NCBI GenBank assembly: GCA_050613775.1
Contig: JBODTK010000130.1
Location: forward strand, 372,001 to 436,000
Source: Neocallimastix sp. 'constans'
Taxonomy: Eukaryota
Reading direction: 5' to 3'
Length of the DNA stretch: 64,000 nt
The notes under the pieces were generated by a model. The model did not search any database and was not told the DNA's origin. It saw only the letters and a list, made by a program, of their open reading frames with translations. Position 1 is the stretch's first letter. Each line of letters begins with the position of its first letter. Made by a program: the position numbers and the translations under genes. Of the stretch, positions 14,189 through 32,552 are shown in pieces.

Positions 14189-15498
14189 AAAATAAAATTT
14201 ATTGTATCTATAGAATGCTAAACCTCGTAATGTATAAATTGTTATAAAAAAGTAAAAATAAAAAAAAATTAAAAAAAATAAATCTTTTAACTAATAAAAT
14301 TATTAATTATTTATTATTATTAATCACTTATTAAATTATAATAATCGTGCAATCTGATAGTACACACTGTCTGACGTGCAGCTTACCTCTTGAAAGGTGT
14401 CATGCCACGCGTGTGCCACGGTTACTATTTTCAATATAAAAAATAGCAGTCCAGAGCCTACTAGCCCAATTACTATGTAGGATAAACTTAACCCGGAAAT
14501 CTATGCACGAATATTAGTTTAATTTAATATTAATTAATATTTTTAACAATTAATAATAATTAGTTAAAAATATAAAAATTGTTTTCTTTTTTAAAAAAAT
14601 ATTTGTTTTATTAGAAAAATTATTTATTAATATTATAATTTTATCCCCAATGTATTAATTTATTATTATATTCCCCGATATCTCCACCAATTTTTCATGG
14701 TATGGTTCATATAGTTTTAGGAATATAATAATAATTAACACAAATAATAAAATTACAATAAAAAAAATAATTTGTTTTAAAATCAATATTTATTTATTTA
14801 AATTTATAAAAGAAAAAATAATAATATAATTATTTATTTAATAAAAAGAAAGTTATTGATTATATTTTATTTCACTAAAATTACATGTATTTATATTTTT
14901 TTATCAAATTAAAATTTGTAAAGCCTAACTATTTTTTTAATAAACTAATTACTAATTATTTTTATAAATAAAACATTTAAATTGAAATTGAATTATTATT
15001 TTAGTTAATAATATTATTGTTATAAATAGTAGTTATATATTATTGAATTATTAATTATTTAATAATAGTTTAATACTAATATATATAAAATAAAAATAAA
15101 GAGATTATACAGAATATTTTATTGTGGTTTAGTTAAATTTAGTAATTAAAAATAAATTTAAATTGATAACGAAAATTTTAATAACTAATTAAATAGATTT
15201 GATTATTTTCAATATAACATAATACAAAAGAAATATAATATTAATATATTAAGTGGGCAAGGACAATATTCTTGGCTAAAGATTTTTAATACATTATAAT
15301 GGAATCGGATCGATAATTCAAAAAGGAATTATAAGTTAATTAGTGATTTATTAACTTAAGATTGCTATTTAGTAATATTTGAAGAATATTGGAAAGTTCC
15401 AATTATATAGAATAGAATAATCTATAAGGTTAGAATAATTTATATTATTCTAGCACAATTAGTATTATTTGTTCATTCTGTATTACAAATTGTAGATT

Positions 15499-15580
15499 GT
15501 CACTTTGGCGGAGTGGTTAACGCGGTGGCCTGCTAAGCCATTTCCCTCTGGGAGCGCAGGTTCGAGTCCTGCAGGTGACG
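15499..15580 (+). tRNA. tRNA-Ser (anticodon GCT)
   Basis: Acceptor GTCACTT/AGGTGAC, anticodon arm GTGGC-CTGCTAA-GCCAT, long variable arm, GCAGG-TTCGAGT-CCTGC T arm, discriminator G, oligo-T terminator. Confidence 0.97.
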
Positions 15581-15841
15581 ACTTTTTTTACTATTACTAT
15601 GGATATCCATTAGAAAATTATAAATAATAATACTTTATATTTTAATTACAATGAATAGATTAAAAAAATAAAAATAAAAAAACATAAAATAAAATAAAAA
15701 ATAAAAAAATAAATAAAAATAAAAATAAAAAATATAAATAAAAATTAAATTAAAAAAATATAAAATATTTTAATTTTTTAATTTTTTATTTATTTAAACT
15801 TTTATTTGGTTATTTATTGCTCCAAAAAACAAAAGATTAAA

Positions 15842-15874
<33 letters not shown>

Positions 15875-16059
15875 TAATAAAGTCAATAAATAATAAATAA
15901 TAAATGGATAAAAAAAAAAAAATCATTAAACATTTAATTTTTCAAATAATTAAATTTATAAAGTCCTTCTTCATGATAAATTTTTTATTCTTTAATTTTT
16001 CCTTTTTAAATTCTTCTTAATTGTTTTCTTTTTTAAATACAACTTATTTTATATTATTT

Positions 16060-16092
<33 letters not shown>

Positions 16093-16353
16093 ATATCATT
16101 TATTAAAAATTATTAATGAAAAGTTTATTTTTTTTTTTTTTAAAAGAAAAAAGGTTTTTCGGCAATAAATTAATAAATTAAATTTTATTATATTTTTCAT
16201 ATTTTTCATATTTTTAGGTTAATTTTTGAAATTTGAATTAGATTTAATTATTTGAATATATTGGTAAATTCTTGGCTATGTTTACTTTTAGGTTAACTTA
16301 AAATTTAAGTAATATAATTATTTTAAATTTATTAATTTCGATAATTTATCAAT

Positions 16354-17255
16354 TGTAATAATTACAATATAAATTTTAATTATAATTAAATTATTAATCA
16401 TTAATATTAGTTATAACAAATTATTGTGAACAAAAGACTCTGAAATCCTAAAAGAAAGCATTAATTATGAAATTTGTTGTAAAAACAATTTTTATTAATA
16501 ATAAATAAAATTGAAAGTTTTTATAATAAGTTTAATGTTACTATTATTATATTATTATTGTTATAATAACTACTCTTAAATTTCTGAAAGAGAACTCAAG
16601 AGGCTTATTTATACTTTTTTTTTTTTTTGTGAAAATAAGACTAAATATAAGGTGAGTTTCTTATCTTAACAAATATCTCATCTAAAAAAAGATTAAATGA
16701 GAAAACCTAGATAAGTTTTAGATCGATATTCCATTCACATCAATCCTCATATTAATCAATCAAAACCCGATTACTTCCAATAAGTAAATGGAAAACCTCG
16801 AATTTAACGATTATTTAACCTAATTTAAAGATTGAAAATAAAAGAATAAAACAATAAAAAAATGATCTTGATCATAAATAATATAATTCTATCGATTTAG
16901 TTTTATTTTATAGAGCTTTACATAGAAATATGAAATAATATATTAATAATGTAAAATATATGCTAAATAAAATATATAATACATAATAAAATACAGAATA
17001 CATGATAAAATATGGAACAATGTTTTAATTTATAGTAAAATTTAAATAAAAAACTAAAACTAATATATTTAATAATTAAATGGTTAATTAATTTAATTAT
17101 TATTTTTAAATGTATAAAAACTATTTAACTCAAATAAATATTTAATGTTAAATTAAATGAATATTTAATAAATAATTAAATATAAATGTATTAATGTAAT
17201 ATGAATTAAATAAAAGTTATATTAATTATAATTAAAAATAATCATAGATCTTTAT
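16354..17255 (-). mobile_element. Degenerate solo LTR, same family as 6456-7454
   Basis: Shared blocks such as aaagagaactcaagag, aaaacctagataagtttt, atacagaatacatgataaaata. Confidence 0.7.
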
Positions 17256-17574
17256 CTGAATGCAAAGTTTCTATTGAAAATATTGAAAATTCAATAAAAT
17301 TTTTAACAATTAGTATACACTTCCATCAAGAATTTTGTTATATATCTTTTTAATTTAGTTTATTCATTTTAATATAGTATAATTATTTAAAAGTAATTAC
17401 ATTTATTCATAGCTCATATAAAAAAATTTTTTTATAATTAAATAATTATTATTTGGTTATTTTCTCATGACTAAATCATAGTTTAATGTTGTAATTAAAT
17501 GGCCTATAAATATATTCCAAAAGAAAATTATTGTTCTTCAGTCAGAAAAATCTAAAACCCAAAATTTGGAAGAT

Positions 17575-17656
17575 GCTGAAAATCCTACAGTTTCCCATTT
17601 GGAACAAAGAAATTAACTTTTTTTTTAAATATTTTTAAATTCTACTAAAGATTACA

Positions 17657-17702
<46 letters not shown>

Positions 17703-17769
17703 ATATAAATAGAGGGCAGGGGAATTTATTACTTTTACGAACTCTGACTTAGGAAGAGATTCAAAAAAG

Positions 17770-17805
<36 letters not shown>

Positions 17806-18085
17806 ACCTTTGAACATATCATTCTTATGAGAACAAATCCTATCTGCTGGAAATCGAAAAAAAAAAAAAAAACAAGAGACATTTGCCACTTTCACCAATG
17901 GAAGCAGAATATATAGAACAGCAGGAATGCACAAAGAAAGTATTATGGATAAGTAAACATCTTTTTTTTTTGAACTAATTAACTTCAATATACCACTTTC
18001 AATTTTCAATAATAATCAAGCCAGAATAACAACAATCAAAAATGGACAATTAAACTTAAAATTAAAATATATATAAATATAAATT
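17575..18085 (+). pseudogene. Degraded Ty1/copia RT-RNase H fragment
   Basis: Fragments AENPTVSH, MEAEYI, ECTKKVLWI and NGQLNLKLKYI resemble the copia at 61.6-62.2 kb; broken by poly-A expansions. Confidence 0.75.
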
Positions 18086-18757
18086 TTTTAAAACCTAACG
18101 AAATCTATTTTTTAAATATATAAAATTTTATTATATATTTAAATATATAAATAAAAAAAATAAAAAATATTAAAGTTTAAAAAAAAAAAAATAATTAATT
18201 AAATAATTAAATAAAATTTCATTGAATATTTAATTTCCCTTATGATAAAATTCAATATAATCTTTCTTCTGTATTGTAAAATTTATATTTTTGAATTTCT
18301 AATTTTTATAAAATATTGTTAGTTTTTATATTTTAATAACTTGAATATAAAAAATATATATCATATACAGTTTTTAAGAAAAATAATAATAGTAATAATA
18401 ATAATAATCGTAATAGCAATAATAACGATAACAATAATAGTAATAACAATAACAATAGTAATGATAATAATAATAGTAATGATAATAATACTAGTAATAA
18501 AAATAAAAAATATAAGAAATAAATATATATTTATATATAATATTATTCTTAATTTAATATAAAGAATAGCTAGTAATATAATAATAAAACTATTTCCTTT
18601 TATTAAAAAGAAAAAATTTTTTTTCAAAACTATTTAATGACATGATGAGTACATTAAATTTTTAATTTTTATGAAATAAAAACAAATAAAAATAAATAAA
18701 TTTATACTAAATTTTTTTAATTTTTGCTATTTTTTTTTATAAAATATTTGAATATAA

Positions 18758-19018
<261 letters not shown>

Positions 19019-19413
19019 TTCTTTTATCAAGTAATATTACATGTTTTTTTTTATGTAAAATTTGAATAATTATATTATTTATATTATAAATAATAAAAAC
19101 AGGTTTTTTAATAAAAAAATTAAGCAAAAAAAAAAAAAAAAAAAAAAATAGATAGTTATATTAAAACTAATTTCATTTAATATATTAATACTACTAATAA
19201 ATAATTATTTTTAAAGTATTAATGAAGTTTAATGATATAATAATAAAACACGATATATATATTAATATTATAGATATTATTTTATGTACTCTATAAAATA
19301 CTTTTAACATAAAATATATATATAATATTAAAAATAAATATTAAAGTTAACGATAATACACTACTCAACCGAAAATATTATATATATATTGAATATATAT
19401 GTATATAAACATA

Positions 19414-19448
<35 letters not shown>

Positions 19449-19865
19449 TAAAATGAACCAAATTTTAAATTTATATTTTTTTATTAATAATTACTACTAT
19501 TACAAATTACGTATTAAAATTCGTTAAATATCAAAAAAAAAAAAAAAAAATTTAATTAATATTCATTTATATATTACTCAATAAAATAAATTGTCCATTA
19601 TGATATAGAAGTGACAACCATATAACTAATTTTCTCCAATCTTAATAATGCTTATTTATTTTTTTTTTTTTAAACAATGAAAAATCTTAATATTAGTAAT
19701 TCTTTGTTTTAAATAATCTTAATATTATTATAAATTAATATCTATAGATATACTTTATCAGTTTATGATCACACAATAAAAACTAAACAAAATAACATAT
19801 ATTTAAAAGTTTATAAAAAATGTTTTATAATATGGTAATTTAGGATATAAGAATATATCATTTTA

Positions 19866-19907
<42 letters not shown>

Positions 19908-20818
19908 TACAAATTTTAAAAATTATTATTTTTTTCTTTGATTTGACACAACTTTTGTTGAAATTTTAAATAATAAATAATTTAATAAATAGGATATATT
20001 ATAAAATATAGTTTATATAGTTTAAATAGTTTATGAATATAGTTTCAAAAATTTTTTATATTATAATCCTCTTTTATAGAGTTCATATTAAAACATGTAT
20101 TTAATGTATTGAAATTTGTATGATCCATCAAATGTATTTTGTATGTATAAATATCATTATAGTATGTTATATTTAAAAAATAAGCCTTTTGCTTCAAATA
20201 AATAAAGTTATTAAGTAAACAAATATTGAGATTTTTATTCAACATTTAATTTAGAATAATTAAGTGCGAGTAACTCTTTATCATAAAATATAGTAATAAA
20301 ATTGACATAATTATAAACCATAAATTCCTGACTCTTAATAATAATTAAACTTTATTTTTGTAGTAGAATATAAATATCCTAACCCCTATTTAATTAACTT
20401 TTTTTTTTATGTTTTTTTTAATACAATTTTTTTAATATGATTTAAGATTTATTGTTTTTTTTTTTTTTTTTTTGATTCATACTTACGACATAAAGGGAAA
20501 AAATAAAAATAAACCTAAAAATAATAATAGTCTTAAATTTATATATAAAATAATATTTCAAATACTTTTTTTAAAACTTTAAATTTTTTTTTTTTTTTTT
20601 TTTTTATCTTTTCTATCTATAATTTTATATTAGTTTTCTATATGTCATTATATATCGCTATATATTATTTTTCTATCTATCATTTTCAATCGTATTTTCA
20701 TTATTTATATTTTGTATATTTTATATGAATGGAATAATCATTAATCCTTTTTTTTTTTTTTTTATTAATTTTTCTATTTCTTTTTTGGTTTTTCTTTATA
20801 TAATAAATTAAATAATTA

Positions 20819-20861
<43 letters not shown>

Positions 20862-20990
20862 TAAAAATAAATATAAAAAATAAAGAATAAAATGAATCTA
20901 ATAACAAAACTATCATTAATAATACTTAATTTTCTATTATTTTCTATACCATGTAAAAATCTTTTAATATTTAAATATATCTAAAATTTG

Positions 20991-21041
<51 letters not shown>

Positions 21042-21271
21042 ATAATTAATTAATTAATTATAAACTAATTAATATTTTATTTTATTTTATTATGTTATAT
21101 TATATTATATTTTCTTTTCTATAATATATTTTTATTATTATAATTATTAATTATTATATTCATATATTATAATTTACTTTTCTTTTGCTTTGCTCTTATT
21201 TATATTATTATATTCTATATATATTTTATTTTATTGTATTTTAATTTATTTATATGAAAAACATTATAATA

Positions 21272-21308
<37 letters not shown>

Positions 21309-21309
21309 G

Positions 21310-25097
<3,788 letters not shown>

Positions 25098-25105
25098 CAT
25101 TTATA

Positions 25106-25136
<31 letters not shown>

Positions 25137-25959
25137 TATTTTTAATTTTATTATATTTTTTTTTATATTTTTTTATTTTTTTATTTTTTTATTTTATTTT
25201 ATTTTATTTTTCATTTGGAAAGTATATATATATGAGTAAAACAATTTATTAATAAATATTTAAAAAGATACGCATTAAATTAACATATATACGCTTTTTT
25301 TTTTTTTTTAGCTATATTTAATTATTTATTTATTAAACTACTTATTTAATCTTTTCATATTATATGAAATTAAAATTATCTATAAATAAATAATATTAAA
25401 ATAATATTAAATAAATAGTATATATTTTTCTAAAATACATATTTATATAGAATAATAGAAATAAATATATAGTAAAATTAAAAATTAAAAAAAAAAAAAT
25501 AAATAAATATATAATTAAAATAAAAATATTATAAAAGTGTATATATATATATATATTTTTTTTTTTTTACAGCCTCAATTATTGCGATCTTAAAATTTTA
25601 TTTATTTATTCATTTATTAATTAAATGAATATTTTTATATAAAAAAAAAAAAAAACACTCTCAATTAAAAAATATATATATTATTTGTCCAATTAGAACA
25701 TCATAATATTTAAATTAGTAATGTGAAATAAAAAGTAATATTCAAAAAATAAAGTACATAAATAAATTTAGAAAAATGCTTATATGCAACGAATCTCACC
25801 TTCAAGATTATAAGATTTCTGTTTAAAAAGGAAATTTAATGTGATAAAGAATAAAAATAAGTTCAAGAGTTTAAAAAAAAAAAAAAAAATTTCGGTGTGA
25901 TGTATACTATGTATAGTAACATGATCACCAGTTAAATCTAAAATAATTAAAACAAAGAA

Positions 25960-26489
25960 GTAACATCTTTAATATAGATAGTGTGGTATCCACTAAACTC
26001 TTCCCTGAACCACAAGAAAGTAATTCATCAAAAGTTGAATTACTTATTATAGGTTCTGTGTTCGGAAAACGGTGCTAATAGTAGATGTGTATTAATGAGA
26101 ATTAGCAGAACTACTAACTGCCCTTATTCCTATGCCATATCGGTACGAGACGTTGGTACTCTTGGTAATGAAAGTGTTTTTACTAAACCTCTCAAAAAAA
26201 GTAACTCAATAGAGCTACAGAAGATCAGTATTGTATTAACAAGATATTCCGCAAGTCCCACAATCTACGGAACAGTAGACCCTTTTGAATTTTTTAGGAG
26301 TTTTTTATTTCACTTAAATGTTTCCGTTCCCCAGTATCGAATTGGAGCTCATCTAAAGCTGAAGTTCCATCAAGAAGGAATATAAAAATATATCTTTTTA
26401 TGAAATTTTCATATTTCAAAATATTAGTATAAGAAGGATTTTTTTTTTTTTTTTTTTTTTTTAGTCTTAGAGAATAACTTTATTTAATT

Positions 26490-26526
<37 letters not shown>

Positions 26527-27000
26527 TTACATGATTTAAATGAAAAAAAAAAAAAAAAAAAAAATAATAAAATACACGAAATGAATTTTTTTTTTTTTTT
26601 TTTTTAGACAGGGAAGAGAATACACTTCCAAAACTTTATTAATTTTATTTTAAAAAATACATGTAGGTGAAAAGTACAATTGAAATTAAAAAAATAAAAA
26701 ATTTAAAAAATAAAAAAATAAAAAAGCTCTAAAATACTATGTATTTCGGCAAGTTGTACTATGCGGGAATTTTTCCCTTCCTAACAAATAAAAAAGAAAT
26801 AAAACCTAGAAGTAACATCTTTAAAATAGATAGTGTAGTGTCCACTAAACTCTTCCCGGATTCATCATTTATTGAACTACTAGGGCGAGATTCATCCTTC
26901 GTAGAAATAGATGCTGATCCTGTGTTATCATTATGCCTTATCAGTACGACGTCGACGCTCTTGGATAAGTTTGGTATTTTGCAATACCTATCAAATAATA
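25960..27000. repeat. Degenerate repeat-derived sequence with a ~50-bp duplicated block
   Basis: gtaacatcttt..atagatagtgt.gt.tccactaaactcttccc at ~25960 and ~26812; raised GC; adjacent to a LINE fragment. Confidence 0.4.
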
Positions 27001-27130
27001 CTTTTATTATTATTTTTTTTTTTTTTTTACTTTTATTTTTATTTTAAGTTTTATTTTTATTTTAATTTTAATTTTTTTATTTTGTTTTATTTTTTAGTTT
27101 TATTTTTTGAAATCTTTTTTTTTTTTTTTT

Positions 27131-27900
27131 TCATTTACCACGTACTCCATAATGATATAATTTAGTAAGAATGTTAAAAATAGGAACTGAATCATAAGCT
27201 TTTTTAAGATCTAAAAAGGCTAAATATGTGAATTTTCCTTGAAATTTTCTTCTTTGGCAAATTTCTTTAAGGGAAATGAATAAACTAATGCATTCTTCAC
27301 GGTTGCGATAACCAAATTGTTCAGGTCTAATGAAATTGTGTGAGAGTGCGTAAGTAGATATTCTATCTGTTATAATTTTTGAAATGATTTTCAATCCAAC
27401 ATTAATGAGAGAAATACCTCGATAATTACTACAATCTGATACGTCACCTTTCCAAGGGATTGATAGAATAGAAGCAGAGTTCCATTTTTTAGGAAAAGAC
27501 CCATTCCATATTTTATTAAAAATCAATTTAAGACACTTTCTTTATTTTAAAAAATAATTACCAATTTTTACTATATTAGCCTTAAATCTAGCAGAACGAA
27601 ATTTGCTCTTTGTTTTCTTGATTAATTTACAAAGTTTTTCATATTTATTAAATTGTTCAAGGTAATTATCAACATTTTCACAGTGAAAGTAAGGCTTAAT
27701 ATTTCGAAATGCAATGTTTTTCATGAGACAGTTTTTTAATGTAATAAGGACAATGAAAAGCAGAAATAAAATATTATATATTATAAAAGTTATAAAAGTG
27801 GGTTAGAAGTAATTAATAGCCTCTAACTTTTCCCATTCATCGATGATAACAGAGTCCATTATTGGGATTAATAATTTTAGTATTGATGCCACCAACTAAA
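27131..27900 (-). pseudogene. Non-LTR (LINE) reverse transcriptase fragment
   Basis: KGD...NYRGISLIN...KIISKII...EQFGYR...FLDLKKAYDSV; truncated before YADD. Confidence 0.88.
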
Positions 27901-28500
27901 TCTGTATCAGATAAGTAAAATTTCCATTAAATATAAATTTTTAATAAAAAATTTTTATAAAAACTATTTAAAAAACTAATACTTTTATATAAATTAATAA
28001 AAACTACACCCTCCATATTATTTATAATAATTTATTATATTATATACAGTTTTAAATAAGATAGTAAATTTTATAACACATTTACATAACACAATAAATT
28101 TAGAAAAAAAAAATTATTATTATTATTAAAATAAAAACTAAACGACTAATAATCGTTTATTTAAATTTTTTAAATTTTAAATTTTTATACAAATAATATT
28201 ATATATCTTCGATTCATATATTTTTTTTTCTTTTTTTTTTTTTTTTTTGTTTTTAAAATAAAAAAAAAATATTAATTTTTTTATTTTATTATTACAAAAA
28301 ATCAATTTTTATATTATTATTTTTTTTTTTAATATTTTATTTTTCTTAATATTTTTAATGATTATCGTGATAAAATTTTTTTTTATTTATAAAAAATTTT
28401 TTTAAAAATTTATCTATTTACGTCATATTAAATAATACTTAAATTTCTTTTAATAAAATTAATTAAAGAATTTATATTCTTAAAATATTAGAATTTACAC

Positions 28501-29340
28501 TTAAACCATAGTAATTTGAGTACGAACACTTTGTACATAACCATTATTACGCTTTGATTTCTTAACCCAAAGGAAGATTCCAGCAGAAGAAAGGGCAGCA
28601 GCTCCAGCTATACCAAGAGCAGCATTAGTACCAGTAGATGATTCTTCTTCATCAGCTGAATTTTCAGCTTCTGCGTTAACATCATTATTGTTAACATTAG
28701 CACTGTCTGATGTATCATTAGCATTAGTTTCTCCATAATCATCAGAACCTTCACCATTAGCATTAGTATCATCAGTATCAGCAATAACATTATCACCACT
28801 AACACTAGCGTTTTCAATGTTATCAGCTGGTACTTGAGCATTATCAATGTTGTTAATACTATCATCATTACCATAATCATCTGAACCTTCTCCGGCATCT
28901 TCATTACTTGGAGTATTATCTGATCCACTTACACTATCATTACTAGTGCTATCATTACCAGTGCTATCAGTTACTGGTGGAACTTCAGAATCAACAGATG
29001 GAAAGTCTGGAATACTATCATTTTGTGTTTGATCAGAAGTATTATCAGTAACTGGAGTATTTGGGAATGATGGTGGAACTACTGGAGTATCATTTGAAGT
29101 ATTTGGGAAGGATGGTGGTACTATTGGAGTATCATTTGAGGTATTTGGGAATGATGGAGGAACAATTGGATTTTCTAATGGAGCTTCATTATGATCAATA
29201 TCTGGTTCAGAACTTTCACCGAAACCAGCATCAAAGCCAGAATTGGCAACATCATTTCCTTCAAAATCGGAAACTTCTAAGTTGTTAGCAAGAGTTAAAG
29301 ATAAAGCAGATAATAAAAATAAAGCGTTGTAGTATTTCAT
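28501..29340 (-). CDS. Type I membrane/cell-surface protein with acidic, low-complexity ectodomain
   Basis: Signal peptide MKYYNALFLLSALSLTLA; 3x PIVPPSFPNT; 2x GEGSDDYG; C-terminal TM helix followed by KKSKR. Confidence 0.85.
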   Translation of the reverse strand: MKYYNALFLLSALSLTLANNLEVSDFEGNDVANSGFDAGFGESSEPDIDHNEAPLENPIVPPSFPNTSNDTPIVPPSFPNTSNDTPVVPPSFPNTPVTDNTSDQTQNDSIPDFPSVDSEVPPVTDSTGNDSTSNDSVSGSDNTPSNEDAGEGSDDYGNDDSINNIDNAQVPADNIENASVSGDNVIADTDDTNANGEGSDDYGETNANDTSDSANVNNNDVNAEAENSADEEESSTGTNAALGIAGAAALSSAGIFLWVKKSKRNNGYVQSVRTQITMV

Positions 29341-32300
29341 TTTGGTTTATTTTATTAATAAAAAATATAAAAAAAAATATTATTATATTTAAATTATTTA
29401 ATGGTTTTTGCGTATGTTTGAAATAAAATTAGTTTATATTATTCTTTTTCTTTTCTTTTTTTTTTTATTAAACGATTATTTTTGCTTTTGCGATATTAAT
29501 ATTAAACAATTATATATATATACACTATACTCTAATTATGTAAAAAATATAATATATATATATACAATTATAAATTGATATTTATAAATATGCGACTCGC
29601 TTATATAGTATTATATACTAAATTTTCTTTTAAAAAAAAAAACAAAAAAAATTATTATATTATTTCGAAAATATATATTTTTTATCTTTAATGAAAATTT
29701 TGAAATAAAAAAAAAAAAGAAAATGAAGGAAAAAACAAAAACGTTTTATATAAAAAAAAATATATATATATATATATATTTATAATAAAATATATTAGTT
29801 TCTATTTATTACTATTGATACTAAATATATTCATAATTATAAAAAATATATACTTTTGAATATAATAAAAAAATAATTAATAACATATAATATATAAAAT
29901 ATAAAAATTTAAAAAAATTTAAATTATTAAGAAAACATGACTAAAGAATAGATATAAATTTAATAGTTAATATTTAATAATCAATAAGAATAAACAATAA
30001 TAATATATTACAATATATTATGTTATAAATATTTAATATATTTATATATATTTATATTTTTTTTTTTTTTTGATTTCAATACAATATTTAGAAAAGAGGA
30101 TTACAAAAAAAAAAAAAAGTATATATGTAAATTTAAATAAATTCTAAATATTATCTATTATCTAATATTTAATATTTGTTTTAATTATTTAACATTTTAA
30201 TAATTATTTAATACTTAATCTTCATCTAATATATTGTTAATATATAAAAAATATATGAAACAGATGAAATTTTAATTTAGAATTTTTATATTTTATTCAT
30301 GTTTTAATGCATTATATGTATTAATTTAATATAAAATTTAATATTATTGTTATTATAAAATGAAAGTTTAAATAATAATTTTTTTGATATAAAAAAAAAA
30401 AATTTAAATATAAAAATTATAATCATTTTATTTTTAGAAATTAAAAGGTGATACAAATTTCAGTTTTATATTAATTTAGCATTTCATATCAATAAATATA
30501 TATAAATAGTACAATTTAATATATCTAGAATATATTATTTTATATTAAAAAAACGATACACATTTTTATTTATTCAAATTCTAATTATTATAAATATTGT
30601 TTATAATTATTTATTATTAGTTATTATTGTTTATTAATCAACCTAATATTTATTTATTTATTTATTTATTTGTTTATTTATTTACCACAAAAAATTAAAA
30701 TTGATTTGAAGAAAGAGAGAGAGAAAAAAAAAAAAAAATTCTCAAATTATTAATAAAATATGTAACATCGATTTTAAATAGTTAACACACAAATGTGTAA
30801 CAAAGGTAATAACAAATATTTGAAACGACGGCGACCTTTAGGATAAAAATTAATCATTACCAGTCGTTTTTTATCCTATTAATATTATTTTGATTTAAGT
30901 ATTACTAGGTTTAAGCATTATTTTATTTTCATCTGCCACTTTGATTACTATTATCATTTTTTATAATATTATATATATTTTTTTTATTTCTATACTATTT
31001 TAAATATTAATTTAATTATTTCATTGACTTTTCTTTTCTAATGAAATCATATTATTATTAGAGTTTTTAACTTCTTTTATATCAGAGTTAACATTAAAAT
31101 ACATAAAATGAATTAAAAGAAAAAAAAATTATTATAATCCATAAACTCAAAATAGTTTTTATTAATACATAAAAATTTATGTAATATAGAAACTGGTTAT
31201 TCTATAATTAATAATCATCATCTTAAAAAATTACAAATAATAATCATTAAAAATAAATTAAGATAAATTGAAAAGAATAATAAATTATTTATAATTTTTT
31301 TTTAGACTATTTATAATTATTAATATATATAATTCACTTTTATATGTATATATAAATTAAGCATTGATTATATATATATATCTATACTTTAAACATTAGT
31401 CAAAAATATTAAAATAGTATTATTTAAATTATTTAATTATCTAATCAATACAAAAAACATAAAAATTATGGTAAATTACTAATAAATTATTTATTATTTA
31501 CAATAATTATCCATTAATTATTATTTATAATTATTTATGATTTAACTACTTTTTATTATTAATTCTATCTATATTTATTATTTATTATTTATTATTTATT
31601 ATTATATTATTTATTATTTATTATTTATTATTTATTAATAAATACTCTTATTATTATTTATTATTTATTATTATTTATTATTTATTATTTATTATTTATT
31701 ATTTATTAACAAATACTCTTTTAATTCTTTTTATTATTTATTATTTATTATTTATTATTTATTATTTATTATCAATTAATTGTTTATTGTTTATTTATTT
31801 ATTCAAGCATGCTTTTTGTTTATTATGAAATAATTAATTATTCTCATTGTTTTAAATATATTATATAGAGTATAATTTCATGATAATATATTAAATGTAT
31901 CTGAATTAAATCAATTAGGGATCAACATTATTTATATTTATTTATTTATTTATTTGTCAATATAAGAGAAAATAAATATATTTAATTAGAGTAAAAAAGA
32001 AATAAAATAAAAATACACCTATCAATGTTACACAATTCTCGGTATATTTTCTTTTAAATAAAATTTAATTTATTTAAACCAAATAAAATTACAAAAATTA
32101 ATTTATTATAATGAATAAACAGTTTAAATTTTTTTTTATATTTATTAAGATTTAAGAATAGTCAACATTTGATAATGAACCTAATTATAAATTTTTTCTT
32201 ATTATGTTAAAATTTGTTTAATTCTTTTAAATTAATTCAATAATAATTGTTAATTAATAATTATTAATCATTAATCATTAATCATTGTATAAATAATAAT

Positions 32301-32517
32301 AATGTTTTTTTTTTTTTGTATTATTTAAAGTTAATTATTATATATTTAATCATGCTAATTTTACTATAAAAATGTTTTTTTTTTTGTATTATTAAAAGTT
32401 AATTATTATATGCTAACTGCTTTTAATATAAGAGAACTTTTAAAAATAATTAAAAATATATATATTAAGAATATTAAATAAGTAAATATTACATGTTTAA
32501 CAAGAATATAAAAATTT

Positions 32518-32552
<35 letters not shown>

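Larger units (their letters stand above)
8467..15485 (-). mobile_element. Full-length Ty3/gypsy LTR retrotransposon, copy A
   Basis: 788-bp LTRs at 8467-9254 and 14698-15485 (one difference noticed by eye); TSD CAAA at 8463-8466 and 15486-15489; PBS 14672-14689; PPT ~9255-9270; gag and PR-RT-RH-IN pol. Confidence 0.97.

Noticed and set aside
11076..14195. Antisense ORFs within A (likewise in B, C, copia and the ankyrin gene)
   Set aside because: Shadow frames of real coding strands with no recognisable domains.
26095..27047. Plus-strand ORFs of 96 and 102 aa
   Set aside because: No recognisable domain; they lie in degenerate repeat sequence beside a LINE fragment.
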